55,910 nt of DNA from a virus (IMGVR_UViG_3300044954_000249:1-55910), one strand, 5' to 3'. Positions 36,929-48,100 are shown, counted from the stretch's first letter. Numbers and translations: made by a program. Notes: a model not told the origin generated them from the sequence alone.

Positions 36929-37682
36929 TATTTATATTAGAAGCGGCCCCCGCACCATATATAGTTGAATATGTTACGCTTCTATTTAAGTGTATGTTGG
37001 CTATATAGTCTGGCGTTCTTCCTAATCTGACCCTCCACGTTTGTGGGGCTACTGCCGCGCCAGACGTAATATAGCTGAATTTGAAAACGGTCCCGACACT
37101 TGAATCATATAAGAGTTGGTTCCAAACTCTTCTAGGGGTAGTTTCTGCGTCCTTGTAGAGAGCGACTACCGCGCCCGCAAAAGAAGAAGAATAAAGATTT
37201 AATTCGCACTCGATCTTAAGCGTGCTTTCTGCTCTTGACGGGGTGAATGTTATATTTTTAATCTCAAAACCCTGAGTATTATTAGTTCCAGTGGGCTGTA
37301 TTACTGAATTTAAAAATATTCTGTCTGTAAAAGACCTAGAGTGTAGTTTAACGCCTTCCGCCAGCCCGCCGCTCATTGGCATATAGAAGCAGCATTTAGA
37401 AGCAGAACCGGCTTCGTTTTCGACCATCACTTCATAAAATCCACGAGAAGGATGTAAATTTGGAATTATACCAGAAATAGCATAAGAAGAGGAAGCGGCG
37501 TCATAATAAGCCGAAAAACTTGTACTCGTTTTCTTTTCAAATGGATCAAGGAAATGTAGGCCCGTAGCATCCAATAAATTGGCGCCACTAATTAGTATAT
37601 ATTGACCCGCTGCGCCAGACTGGGGAGTAAAACCAGATAACGCCATCGGCCTTAGTATTTGTAATAAATTGCTCATGCCCAA
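36909..37682 (-). CDS. IPT/TIG-domain virion protein
   Basis: SGFTPQSGAAGQYILISGANL and a fibre-like C-terminal domain. Confidence 0.7.
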   Translation of the reverse strand: MGMSNLLQILRPMALSGFTPQSGAAGQYILISGANLLDATGLHFLDPFEKKTSTSFSAYYDAASSSYAISGIIPNLHPSRGFYEVMVENEAGSASKCCFYMPMSGGLAEGVKLHSRSFTDRIFLNSVIQPTGTNNTQGFEIKNITFTPSRAESTLKIECELNLYSSSFAGAVVALYKDAETTPRRVWNQLLYDSSVGTVFKFSYITSGAAVAPQTWRVRLGRTPDYIANIHLNRSVTYSTIYGAGAASNINITEFAS

Positions 37683-39508
37683 GTATAATAAGGGATACCT
37701 AATAAGAAACTTCCGCTCTTACCAAGGTAATTGAATTTTTCTATATCCACTGTAATTGTATGGCTTTTTTCGTAAGAATTTAATTCTAATCCAGTTCTTG
37801 TAGTCTCTATTTTTAAATCTGAAGGGTAGGGATTTATTTCAGCAATTGGGATTTGGCTATCAAAATACCCGTCCGTAAATCTTATACCCGTTATGCCAAA
37901 GAAGTAATTTCCAGTAATAAATAGTGTTCCAGTGGGACCAGTTCTCTCCAAATTTAGCGCCCTCACAAATGGCCTTTTGCCACTTATCTCTACCTGCCTA
38001 GAGACTTCGTCTAATCTTTCCTTGCCGAACGGAAATGCTAAATTAAAATCATCTAATAAGGATATGTAATGTAAATGAGAGACCGGACTATCAATAGAGG
38101 AAATTTCGTTCTTAGAAACTAAGAACGCTTTACCGAGTCCAAAATAATTAGAGTTTATTATCCCGGTCATTTTCATGTTCCCGGTAGTCAAACTTTGCGG
38201 ATAGCTCGCTAAAAGCTCAGAAAAATCAAAACCAATATCTCCAAAATATTTTTGTTGTTTGTTTGGATCTTGCCCGCGAACAATTTGAATTGGTATATTC
38301 TCAGTATTTCTATTAGCGATTATATGATTTGCTTCTGTTGAGAAACCAGACACAAAAAGGGCTGGGAATGATTCTGCAATGTTTATTCCACTTAAACTAA
38401 ACAATGTACCGATTTGAAGGTTCTGATTTTCAAAACCGACGATAGAAGGAAGTGGCGTAAATGAACTTAACGAATGCGTTAAAGATATACCGCTAACATA
38501 AATGGCCCCTTTGACAATGTTTTTAGGAACAATGAGTTCTGCTTTATTATTATTAATAATATTAGTGGATATTGGGGATATGTAGTTTCTATCTCCAGTA
38601 TTAAACCCCTCAAAGAAAAAAGAGGCATGATTAAATCCATTTCCACTTATTGTAATTATATCTCCATATAAGCCATCTTGTGGTGAGATATTATTTATAT
38701 ATTCATTTAGTATAATTAAGTCTTGAGATGAGTAAGCAGTTTCAGCAATCAATGGATTGAAGAAGCCGCCAGTTGTTAAATCTTGCGCATATTGGACAGA
38801 AACTTTTTTGTTTGTAATAGACCCCGTGGGAATTTTTACATATACACCAGTAGTATTTACCGTAGTGAAGTCCATAACGGTAAGATTGTTTTCAATTCCA
38901 GAAAATGTCACTTGGCTAACATTATCTAAAGATGTACCAGAAATTAGTATAGTATCTCCATATTTTCCAGAGATGGGGGAAATTTTTAAAATGTTAAGAC
39001 TTGGCTTTTTAACGGTTAAAATCGGATAATCTCCACTTGAGATTGTCGATCCACCAGTCGCAGTTAATGAAATTTTATTAGATTTCGATTCATCTGGGAT
39101 AACAAAAGAAAGCAAATTCTCATTTGAAACACTATATTCTTTTACTTCTGTTCCTCCTATAAATATACTTTTAACTCTTACAAAATTTTCACCAGATAGG
39201 ATAATGGTATCTCTCCAAAAACCAGTTGAAGGGGTTATGGTTTTTATACTCGGTTCGCCTATAAAAACAAAATTAACATTATCTAATAGGCCAGAATCAG
39301 CCGTGTTATAATAATAAATAGTATTATTTTTAGGCAAAGAAGAGGGCACTTCAAATTTAAAAAGGCTGTTTCCAGAGAAAGAGCCCAATATCGGCCTTAC
39401 CCTCCCCGAGTCATTAATAGCATTGAAATAAATAGCTGACTCTGGGGTATTATACAAATTTGACCCAGTTATTGTTACTATGTCTCCCCTTGTTCCAGTA
39501 ATGTCCAT
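37673..39508 (-). CDS. Multi-IPT/TIG repeat virion protein
   Basis: Repeated (I)SPxSG..GD.I.ISG.N units. Confidence 0.78.
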   Translation of the reverse strand: MDITGTRGDIVTITGSNLYNTPESAIYFNAINDSGRVRPILGSFSGNSLFKFEVPSSLPKNNTIYYYNTADSGLLDNVNFVFIGEPSIKTITPSTGFWRDTIILSGENFVRVKSIFIGGTEVKEYSVSNENLLSFVIPDESKSNKISLTATGGSTISSGDYPILTVKKPSLNILKISPISGKYGDTILISGTSLDNVSQVTFSGIENNLTVMDFTTVNTTGVYVKIPTGSITNKKVSVQYAQDLTTGGFFNPLIAETAYSSQDLIILNEYINNISPQDGLYGDIITISGNGFNHASFFFEGFNTGDRNYISPISTNIINNNKAELIVPKNIVKGAIYVSGISLTHSLSSFTPLPSIVGFENQNLQIGTLFSLSGINIAESFPALFVSGFSTEANHIIANRNTENIPIQIVRGQDPNKQQKYFGDIGFDFSELLASYPQSLTTGNMKMTGIINSNYFGLGKAFLVSKNEISSIDSPVSHLHYISLLDDFNLAFPFGKERLDEVSRQVEISGKRPFVRALNLERTGPTGTLFITGNYFFGITGIRFTDGYFDSQIPIAEINPYPSDLKIETTRTGLELNSYEKSHTITVDIEKFNYLGKSGSFLLGIPYYTWA

Positions 39509-39511
39509 TTT

Positions 39512-40408
39512 TTATACTTTATTGAGGGTTAATTGACAAGACCCCCCAACCGTATATACGGGGAGGCTATTGTAAGAATAATTACCAGCGGTAAGTTGAT
39601 TGTTCGCGACTATATTTACTTGATTTGAATTAAAGTCTGTTTGCGTTGCTGTCCCATAGAAATAGAGCACTTGGTGGAAATATGTCATATCATAAACAGC
39701 CACGGTCCATTCTGTGCCGTTTTGAGTTACTTCTGCCCGCACTTCTCTGTATGAATCGTCTGTGTTCGTATTCGAGCATGGATCCCAAAATTGGAAATGG
39801 CCAGCTTGATAATTTTCGCTTATTCCCGCCGATATAGCCCTCGTGTTATTTAAGCTAATTAAATCCGGGAAATAATGGAATCCATAGGAGAACGGAGAAC
39901 ATATTCCATCAAAATTTGTTTGAGACTGTATGTTCGAGAAGACGCCTTGGGCGACTTCATAAGTGGAGGGTTCTTCTGAGCTCGAAGAAGATGACGAGCT
40001 GGAGCTGGAAGAAGACGTAGGTTGAGCTTCGATCTTAGAGAAAAACACCTTCGGTTTTTGAAGGGTCACCAACGCATTATTTAAGGTAGATTCTCCATAC
40101 TGATTTACTACCTTTAAATGGTATGTACCAGTTACCGCTTTTGGCGCGGTGAACATTAAACTTGTATTAGAATAAGAAATCCCGCCTCTGGAAACTCCGA
40201 AGTCTCCCGTTCCTAGACTTAATAAATCAACAAAGTCCAATGGGTTTCCTGAGTTAATAAGGTGAACTTCTGAAAGGTTAAAGAAATTTATACCAGAGTA
40301 ATAATGCTCGGTTGGTCCATTCAAAGTAAAAATGTTTTTTCCGCTCTGGAAGGGATTTCCATAAATCTGCGGCGGGTTTTTCTGAATATTTAAAAGCGCT
40401 TTTGACAT
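39512..40408 (-). CDS. Ig-like protein with poly-Ser linker
   Basis: N-terminal TIG-like domain (VVNQYGES), Ser tract, distinct C-terminal domain. Confidence 0.7.
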   Translation of the reverse strand: MSKALLNIQKNPPQIYGNPFQSGKNIFTLNGPTEHYYSGINFFNLSEVHLINSGNPLDFVDLLSLGTGDFGVSRGGISYSNTSLMFTAPKAVTGTYHLKVVNQYGESTLNNALVTLQKPKVFFSKIEAQPTSSSSSSSSSSSSSEEPSTYEVAQGVFSNIQSQTNFDGICSPFSYGFHYFPDLISLNNTRAISAGISENYQAGHFQFWDPCSNTNTDDSYREVRAEVTQNGTEWTVAVYDMTYFHQVLYFYGTATQTDFNSNQVNIVANNQLTAGNYSYNSLPVYTVGGSCQLTLNKV

Positions 40409-40409
40409 A

Positions 40410-41102
40410 TTATAGTATTACCTTTACTTCTCCAGATATTGCGCCAGTTGGGATTATACCAGTTAATAAAAAATATTGGACTATACCAAATAAACCCGTC
40501 GCATTTTCTCCATTGAATTGTACTGGAAAATACCCAGTATGACCACTTAAAGAAAGATCATTTAAAAAATATTTTCCAGAAATCCTTAACTCTTCTCCCG
40601 TTCTGGGGTTAGTCGGATAAAAGCCAGTAATTTCAACAACAGGAATAAAATTAAAATTAGATTCAGTAATTAATTCATTTTGCCCTATAACCTTTAACTT
40701 ACCACGAACATTCCCAGAAGGAACGTCAAATGTTAAATTGTTATTATCTACAGAAGAAAAGGAGCACGCCAAATCATTAAGAAATACGCCTGAGACTTGG
40801 GTCAAAGCATCTCCATATAAGTTAATTGTCTTTTGAAAATAGCCCGTATAATAATCCAAGTAATTAATAACAGGATATGGTGAAAAAAAATCGGTAGTCT
40901 CTCCGCTTACAGGTGGTTCGGAGAGTCTTGATACCAATGTAATTTTACCATAAGCCGCCCCGGCTGGAACCCTTATGCTTAACGAACTATCATCTATAGT
41001 TTCAAATGTAGCCCGCTGGTTTTGAAAAAATACATCTGTTACGATGCTCAAGCTTGAGCCAGTAATACTAATTAATTCTCCTATTTTTCCTGTAATTGGC
41101 AT
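40410..41102 (-). CDS. IPT/TIG repeat virion protein
   Basis: Three units, GELISITG...VPAGAAYGKITL. Confidence 0.78.
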   Translation of the reverse strand: MPITGKIGELISITGSSLSIVTDVFFQNQRATFETIDDSSLSIRVPAGAAYGKITLVSRLSEPPVSGETTDFFSPYPVINYLDYYTGYFQKTINLYGDALTQVSGVFLNDLACSFSSVDNNNLTFDVPSGNVRGKLKVIGQNELITESNFNFIPVVEITGFYPTNPRTGEELRISGKYFLNDLSLSGHTGYFPVQFNGENATGLFGIVQYFLLTGIIPTGAISGEVKVIL

Positions 41103-41103
41103 A

Positions 41104-42099
41104 TTAGGCTATTATAGAGCTTGATATTGATATTGACGAAGTAGTCCTTGTTTCTCCGCCTAAATTTATTACTGTAATCGGCCCAGAAATAGACCCCATA
41201 GGTAATTCTGCCCGTATTTGAGAATCGCCATCGATGATAACCTTGGGGCTTTTCACATTTGGGTGAAATAGGACTGAGGTCGTTGTCGAAAGGTTTTGGC
41301 CTTGTATAGTCACAAGATTTCCATATATATGTGGCGAAGTAAAAGAAGATATTATAGGAACTGACCCCAAAAGATTTTGTTTAAATGACAGTTCTGTCGT
41401 CATTTTCTGTCCTAAATCGAAATTGAGTTTCTTGGTGTCAAATACCCCATTGAATCCATAACTCTGCCCGCCCATTATAATATTAAATGAAGCAGCGGCG
41501 CCAGAATAAAAGAGGCCCCCACCAACAGAATAAGTCTTCAAATTTAAAGTTGTTTGTTTTTCTGTAAATCTGATATCGGAGGGGGTAATCTGGCCAGCCA
41601 AAATTTTTGGATCTAAATTAGAAGAATAAGAATAAGATATGCCCAAAATATTATCTGAAATATTAACTCCCGTATGGTAAAAAGACACGTCGCTAGAAGT
41701 TAAAATGCCGGTAATATTTTCTTGATTTTTTGAGCTAGAGAATGAGCCGTTTATATCGCCCCAAAAATCTATATTAGCAGTTATTCTAATGGGTTGAAAC
41801 TGCTCCAAATCAAAGCTATAAGAAGATAAATATCCTTTATCTATTTTTAGGCCGCCAACATCTATTGAAAATGACTTCTCCGATGAGATGAAATTAGATA
41901 GGTAATCTTTACCCGTAATTGGATACGAAATTTGAATAGACCCCTTCAGAGATTCCTCAGTTACATAATTGAAACTGGACTTTCTATTAAGTAGGTAATT
42001 CGGAGAAAGGGAGGCGGAATGGTCAATAGAAACCGACTCAGCTAAGAAAGACGCGGAATCGATCTTCACATTAACATTGTTGTAATTCGTATAAGACAT
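41104..42099 (-). CDS. Tail-tube-like protein with C-terminal IPT/TIG domain
   Basis: Beta-rich N-terminal part; PIISSFT...VTIQGQNL...SGPITV. Confidence 0.55.
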   Translation of the reverse strand: MSYTNYNNVNVKIDSASFLAESVSIDHSASLSPNYLLNRKSSFNYVTEESLKGSIQISYPITGKDYLSNFISSEKSFSIDVGGLKIDKGYLSSYSFDLEQFQPIRITANIDFWGDINGSFSSSKNQENITGILTSSDVSFYHTGVNISDNILGISYSYSSNLDPKILAGQITPSDIRFTEKQTTLNLKTYSVGGGLFYSGAAASFNIIMGGQSYGFNGVFDTKKLNFDLGQKMTTELSFKQNLLGSVPIISSFTSPHIYGNLVTIQGQNLSTTTSVLFHPNVKSPKVIIDGDSQIRAELPMGSISGPITVINLGGETRTTSSISISSSIIA

Positions 42100-42200
42100 T
42101 ACCTTTTTCCTTTTGCCATACTATTATTACACTTTTAAGGTCTTTTTTAAGAAAAAAAGCGCGTTTTTGTGTAAAATATTTAGGTAAAAGGGAAAAGGCT
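42100..42200. promoter_or_regulatory. Divergent promoter pair with GTGTAA motifs
   Basis: GTGTAA at 42127-42132 (-) and 42169-42174 (+), each followed by GG(C/T)AAAAGG(A/G)AAAAGG before the ATG. Confidence 0.65.
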
Positions 42201-42713
42201 ATGCCATCTATATATAATATTCCTACTTGGAATTCTTCTGTTACTTATAGAAAGAACGAGGCGGTAATATATTTTAATAAATTCTTCTATAGTTTAATAG
42301 ATAATAATCTCAATGAGCCACCTGCTTTTAATTCAATTTATTGGGGGGGGGTGGTCTCGTATAACGGTAAAGAGCGCCCCAATTTCTTTTGGACGCCATC
42401 ATATAACGCCGCAGTAAACCAAGAACCAATTGTAAAAACCATCAAATTTGGAGATGGATACGAGCAAAGAATACCGGATGGAATCCATAATAATTTAATA
42501 AAGATAGATTTAAGTTTTGATAAAAGAGAGACCTACGAAACGGCAGCCATAATCCACTTTCTTACCCTTAGAAAGGGTTCAGAAGCTTTCGTCTTTTCGC
42601 TTCCAGAACCATATACTTCCTCTAGATTAGTCATTTGTAGAAACTGGTCTAACAACTACAATTTCAGTAATAACTATAATATAAAAGCGACGTTTGAGGA
42701 GGTAGTAAATTAA
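42201..42713 (+). CDS. Minor tail protein, lambda gpM-like (distal tail), with N-terminal CBM-like module
   Basis: KFGDGYEQRIPDGI and ATFEEV motifs. Confidence 0.88.
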   Translation: MPSIYNIPTWNSSVTYRKNEAVIYFNKFFYSLIDNNLNEPPAFNSIYWGGVVSYNGKERPNFFWTPSYNAAVNQEPIVKTIKFGDGYEQRIPDGIHNNLIKIDLSFDKRETYETAAIIHFLTLRKGSEAFVFSLPEPYTSSRLVICRNWSNNYNFSNNYNIKATFEEVVN

Positions 42714-43840
42714 TGAACACAAATCAGGCCCAAATTTCAATAAAGAAGATAAATACTGAGGTGGTAAAATTAAACCCTTCAGCGATAGTCACTTTATTCG
42801 AAATAGACTTAACCGATATAGCAACAGCGGAGCAGCTTTCAATAAATACTTTTTTTAATCAAGGGACCCAACTAAACTCTAATAAAATATTCAGATTCCA
42901 TAATAATTTAAAGCTGATTAGAAGTTCTATATATTTTGGCGGCAAAGAATTTACAGCCCTTCCCATTCAAGCCGAAGGATTTGAAACCACATCTAAAGGA
43001 ACGGCTGCGTCGCCGAAGCTTTCCATGACTTCTTCTGGCGAGGGCCTCGAAGGGGAATCGTTCGGGCTCTTTAAAAGATACCTCAAAGACTTGGGGGATT
43101 TAGTCGGTTCGAAGGTGGTAAGAATAAAAACGTTTGCGAAGCATTTAGATAGAATAAACTTTTATAAATCAAGCAACCCATCTGATTCAAATTATAATGT
43201 TTTATGGTCTTCCTTTGCGCCCGCCCCAGACGATTTTGACCCAGATCCAAATGCCCACTTTCCTCCGGATATTTATTTTATAGACAGAAAATCCGTCGAG
43301 ACTAAGACGACTTTAGAATTTGAACTTAGTTCTATTTTTGATATGCAGGAAGTGAAGCTGCCTAGCAGAGTTCTATTCCAAAAAAATTGTACTTGGCAGT
43401 ATCGCGGAGAAGGGTGTTGCTATGAATCTTCTTCAAATAAAATTAATGCAACTCATGGTAATGCTACTCTTTTAAATTCTGCCCCACCTGTAGCTGATGA
43501 AAAAGACGTAAACATACTCCAATCTATAAGACTAATAAGTCCAAGTGCTGTATTAACATATAAAGGGAGATGGGAGACTCAGAAAGCTTATGTAATCGGC
43601 GATTATGTATTTATTACTGTAAATAATTTAAACTACTATTTTGCTTGTAAAAAGGATACATCTTCAAATTCTCCGCCTAATTTAACCTATTGGATTCAAG
43701 ATCAATGCTCGAAAAGCCTTGCAGGATGTAAATTAAGATGGGGAGCGAGCAGCCCAGCTCAAAATACATCTATTAATGGATCTAATCCTCAAAATGGCAA
43801 TTTACCATTCGGAGGTTTCCCCGGATTATCTAAAGAATAA
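42713..43840 (+). CDS. Minor tail protein, lambda gpL-like
   Basis: LFEID, PIQAEGFE, CTWQYRGEGC, DQCSKSLAGCKLRW, LPFGGFPG. Confidence 0.92.
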   Translation: MNTNQAQISIKKINTEVVKLNPSAIVTLFEIDLTDIATAEQLSINTFFNQGTQLNSNKIFRFHNNLKLIRSSIYFGGKEFTALPIQAEGFETTSKGTAASPKLSMTSSGEGLEGESFGLFKRYLKDLGDLVGSKVVRIKTFAKHLDRINFYKSSNPSDSNYNVLWSSFAPAPDDFDPDPNAHFPPDIYFIDRKSVETKTTLEFELSSIFDMQEVKLPSRVLFQKNCTWQYRGEGCCYESSSNKINATHGNATLLNSAPPVADEKDVNILQSIRLISPSAVLTYKGRWETQKAYVIGDYVFITVNNLNYYFACKKDTSSNSPPNLTYWIQDQCSKSLAGCKLRWGASSPAQNTSINGSNPQNGNLPFGGFPGLSKE

Positions 43841-44562
43841 TGAATTTAACGAGAGAAATTAAGGCTAAAATAATTAAGCATTCTATTAGGGAGTCTCCGA
43901 GAGAATGCTGCGGATTTCTCATGGAAAAAGACGGCAACAGCTTCACGCTAGAATGCCTAAATAGTTCCCGAGATCCAGAAAATTTTTTCCAAATATCTCC
44001 CCAAGATTATCTTCGTAGTGAAAATCATGGCCGTATAAAGGCAGTTTATCACTCTCATATAAAAGAGCACTCTTTCTCCGAATATGATAAGTTCGTAAGT
44101 ATAAGTCATAAAATGCCCTTTATTCTTTATTGTTTGGCTAATAATTCCTTTCAATTTTTTGACCCAGAGATGTCCAACCTAGGAAAATACTTGGGTAGAA
44201 AATTTGATTATAGTAAAAATAATTGCAGTACATTGATTAGGGATTTTTATACTGAAGAGCTTGACAAAAAACTTGGTAATTACATTTCGAGCCCATCTCG
44301 ATTTGATGAAGACGTAAGAGGTATAGAAAAGACCCTCGAAGCTGAAAATTTTCAACAAGTTCCAGCAAATGAACCATATAAGAAATATGACATTCTGGCA
44401 ATGAAAAAAAGAAATCAAAATTTTATTTCGCACTTGGCTTTATATATGGGGAAGGATTTAATTCTCCACCAACCGATGAACGCCGCCTCTAAAATAGAAA
44501 GCTATTCTGAATTCTATAAAAAATTAACCTTAAAAACTTTTAGGCACAAATCTTTGTTATGA
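43840..44562 (+). CDS. Tail assembly protein, lambda gpK-like (JAB + NlpC/P60)
   Basis: PRECCG, YHSH...S..D; NCSTLI, HLALY, ILHQ. Confidence 0.9.
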   Translation: MNLTREIKAKIIKHSIRESPRECCGFLMEKDGNSFTLECLNSSRDPENFFQISPQDYLRSENHGRIKAVYHSHIKEHSFSEYDKFVSISHKMPFILYCLANNSFQFFDPEMSNLGKYLGRKFDYSKNNCSTLIRDFYTEELDKKLGNYISSPSRFDEDVRGIEKTLEAENFQQVPANEPYKKYDILAMKKRNQNFISHLALYMGKDLILHQPMNAASKIESYSEFYKKLTLKTFRHKSLL

Positions 44563-45170
44563 GCAATCTATCAAAAGTCAGATTACATGGATATCTTGGG
44601 GAAAAATTTGGGCATGAATGGGAGTTGGATATTAAAAATGTAGCCGAGGCATTAAGGGCTATTGACGTAAATAGGGGAGATTTTTTGAAAACCCTCATGG
44701 AAAATGATTGTAAGGGCATAAGATATAAATTAATTATTAATAGCACTTCTTTCTATGATGAATCTTACGAGCAAAGTAAAAATCTTAATCGATTGAAGGA
44801 TACTGAGTTGTTCATTAATAAAAGAATTGAAACCTTAGATATAGTCCCTTGCTTAGAGGGCGCTGGAGGATTCGCGTCGATTTTCTTCGGCGCCACCTTA
44901 AGTTATGTAGGATATTCTTTTAGCTCCTCCTTCTTACTAACGGCGGGATTAGGTTTAGTGTTTCAAGGCGTGTCAAACCTACTAGCGACACCACCAAAAT
45001 TTGAAGAATTTAGAGAGATACAACAAATAAATAAAAGACAATCCTATTTATTCAATGGCCCTCAAAATTCAGTAAGTGAAGGCGGCCCAATACCAATAGG
45101 ATATGGAAGATTAATAATAGGTTCTCAATTAGTAAGCTATAATACTACAACTTTCGATAAGGCTTTTTAA
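44559..45170 (+). CDS. Tail assembly protein, lambda gpI-like
   Basis: VRLHGYLGEKFG, EALRAI, SYLFNGPQN, PIGYGRLIIGS. Confidence 0.9.
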   Translation: MSNLSKVRLHGYLGEKFGHEWELDIKNVAEALRAIDVNRGDFLKTLMENDCKGIRYKLIINSTSFYDESYEQSKNLNRLKDTELFINKRIETLDIVPCLEGAGGFASIFFGATLSYVGYSFSSSFLLTAGLGLVFQGVSNLLATPPKFEEFREIQQINKRQSYLFNGPQNSVSEGGPIPIGYGRLIIGSQLVSYNTTTFDKAF

Positions 45171-45173
45171 TTT

Positions 45174-48100
45174 ATGTCTACGGAATTCATACTGATGAAT
45201 AATGGCGCAAGCGGCTTCGCTGTTTCAAGCGGCGTAATAACCGATTTGCTTTGCGAGGGTGAAATAGAAGGGGTCGTGAATTATGAATATACAGACCTCA
45301 AAGGGACACGCGGTTCTGTCGGCTTCGATTCTGTAGTTACTACCAATATCGATTACTTAAGATCAATTTATTTTAACGAAGAGCCAATCAAGGATAAACA
45401 AGGACTTTTTAATTTTCAACAAGTAGATATCCGGACAACCAAGGGCACCCCGAACGGAGATACTTCTTCTCCATCTTCAGTATTAAAGCCGGACATTTCT
45501 TATACGAGAAGTATAAACGAAAGATTAAGGGGCCGCACAAATGGTAATTCGTCAGAAGATACTTTTGCTAAATATTATTCCATCATTAACAAGAACGTCT
45601 CCAAAATAAAAGTAAACTTAAAAGTCTTATCTTTGTCTTCAGTTACGGGCACTGGCGATGTCGGGAGTACGTCTGTTTCTATTAACACCTATTGCCGCCC
45701 AATTTATATTGACGCCACGTCCCAAGGGTTTAGCGAGGCTGGCAATCCATATACTTTAATAACCGGCATCTCGTCTTCCCCCTATATAAGATCAATTACC
45801 TTAGATTTAGCCAGTTTGATTACTCGATTAGATTTAAAATCCAATAAGAATTTCGTGGGATGGGAGGTAAAAGTATATCGTACCACTTTGGAGCCCACGG
45901 ACACTAAGATAAGAAACCAGACTTATGTTGACAGCATAACTGAAATATATGAAACGCAATTAAGTTATCCCAATACATCGGTCGTTTACGCTGGCTTTAA
46001 CGCGGAATACTTCTCCGAGATTCCAGATAGATATTATGACGTAAGAATGCTTAAAGTAAGCGTGCCTAATAACTATGATGTAGTACGTAGAAAGTATAAT
46101 GGAGATTGGAATGGCGCGTTTGCCATGACGAAGCAGTGGACGGATAATCCAGCTTGGTGTTTTTACGATTTAATATCAAATCCTAGATACGGATTAGGTA
46201 AATATCTTACTTCAGATTTAATAGACAAATGGTCTTTATATAAAATAGCTCAATATTGCGATCAGCTCGTAGATGATGGATACGGGGGGTTGGAGCCAAG
46301 ATTTACTTGTAACCTACTCATCCAAAGCAGAGAGGAAGCTTTCAAAGTAATAAATGATATGGCCAGCGTTTTCAGGGCTATTAATTATTATTGCGCTGGA
46401 AATATTTATACAGTTCAAGATGCTCCCAAATCTCCGATATATCAATTCGCTAATGCGAACGTAAATAATGGGGAATTTTCTTATTCAAACTCAAGCAGAA
46501 AAGTCAGACATACCGTAGCTGTAATAAGATATAACGATAAAAACAATTTCTATAAGCCCGCTGTTGAATACGTAGAAGATATTGATGGAATTAGAAAATA
46601 TGGATACAGAGAAATAGAAGCTACGGCATTCGGTTGTACCAGTAGAGGGCAAGCTATTCGCTTCGGCAGATGGACTCTTCTAACCGAAACATTAGAAACA
46701 GAAAGCGTTAACTTTAAAACTGGACCAGAGGGTGGACTCTTAAGGCCCGGAGATGTAATCGACATCATAGATTCAAATAGAAAAATAAGCCAAAGAAGTG
46801 GGCGTACTTTCTTAATTGAAAATAACGTAGCTGGTCAAACCTTAAATGTAACTCTAGATAGAGAATTAAAAGGGTTAGATTCAAATGTGTTTTATAATTT
46901 AAGTTTATCGACGCCTACATTTAATTACGATTCAATATCTGGAGCGGTAATAAGCTCTAGTCAAACACAAGACATAAGAAAAAATCAGATTTTAAATTTT
47001 TCTTTTTCTCCCGCGAATATTACCTCTATTCCAATACGAACTGGGGAAGAGGGCCCCGTTTATGCTTCGAGAATCAATTTCTCAAATAAGTATATAGATA
47101 CAAATGTTTATAATATAATACAAGATACTGTCTGGGGGGTTTTTACTACTGGCATCTCATCTAATCCTAATGTCTCCTTTGAAGAAGGAGTACTCCAAGA
47201 AGAGAAATATAGAGTAATTAACATTAACGAAGACGCAGATAATAATTTTTCAATATCTGCAATTGAATATAACGAATTAAAATATTCAGCAATAGAGTCT
47301 GGCATAGCATTTGATACATTGGGGGCTCAAAATATTTCGCAATTCCCTAAGCCTCCAGCGATACAAGATTTTTCCATATCTCACAGCTCTCTAACTCAAA
47401 ATACTTTTAAATTTAATATTAGTATAATACCCCCCAAGAAAGCAAATGGGGAAACTAATGATGATAATATATCTTATTATGTAATTTACGCTAGGCAATC
47501 TGATGGAAGCTCCAGCCCATTTACAAGCTCTATCCCATCCGATCCACTCACATTAGCCGCCTCAGTTACAAAAGGCGCGAATCCAGTCGGAATTTTAATA
47601 CCAAATAAAGGTGGCAAGTGGTGGTTCAGAGTATATTCTGTAAATCCGCTAGGAGAACGATCTGATCCATCTCCTCAAGATAAAAACTATCAAATCCCAG
47701 AGATTTATCCGATAAAAGACGTACAAGTTAAATCCTTAAGACTGGCAGAGGATATTTTGATTTCTAATGCCCCCGGTTCAAATGACGCATCGCTCAAAAT
47801 TTTTACGACTAACCAACCCAACTTCGCGTGGGAGTCAGTAAATCCAAATAATTTAGGAGACATAAAATACGCAATCAAAATAAAGAAAGACGACGGGACT
47901 TATTCTTTAATAATAGATGAGTGGGAAGATTCCGATTTCACATTTGATGCTCTTTCTAATTTAAGACTGGCTACTAGGGGGGGGAAAACTTACATCAACG
48001 AATATAAAAGAAATTTCTCTTTATATGTAGAAGCGCACGATATAAATAAAAACAGCTCAAAAGGAGACACGGTTTCTAGCAATATTTTTACTTCTCCTAA

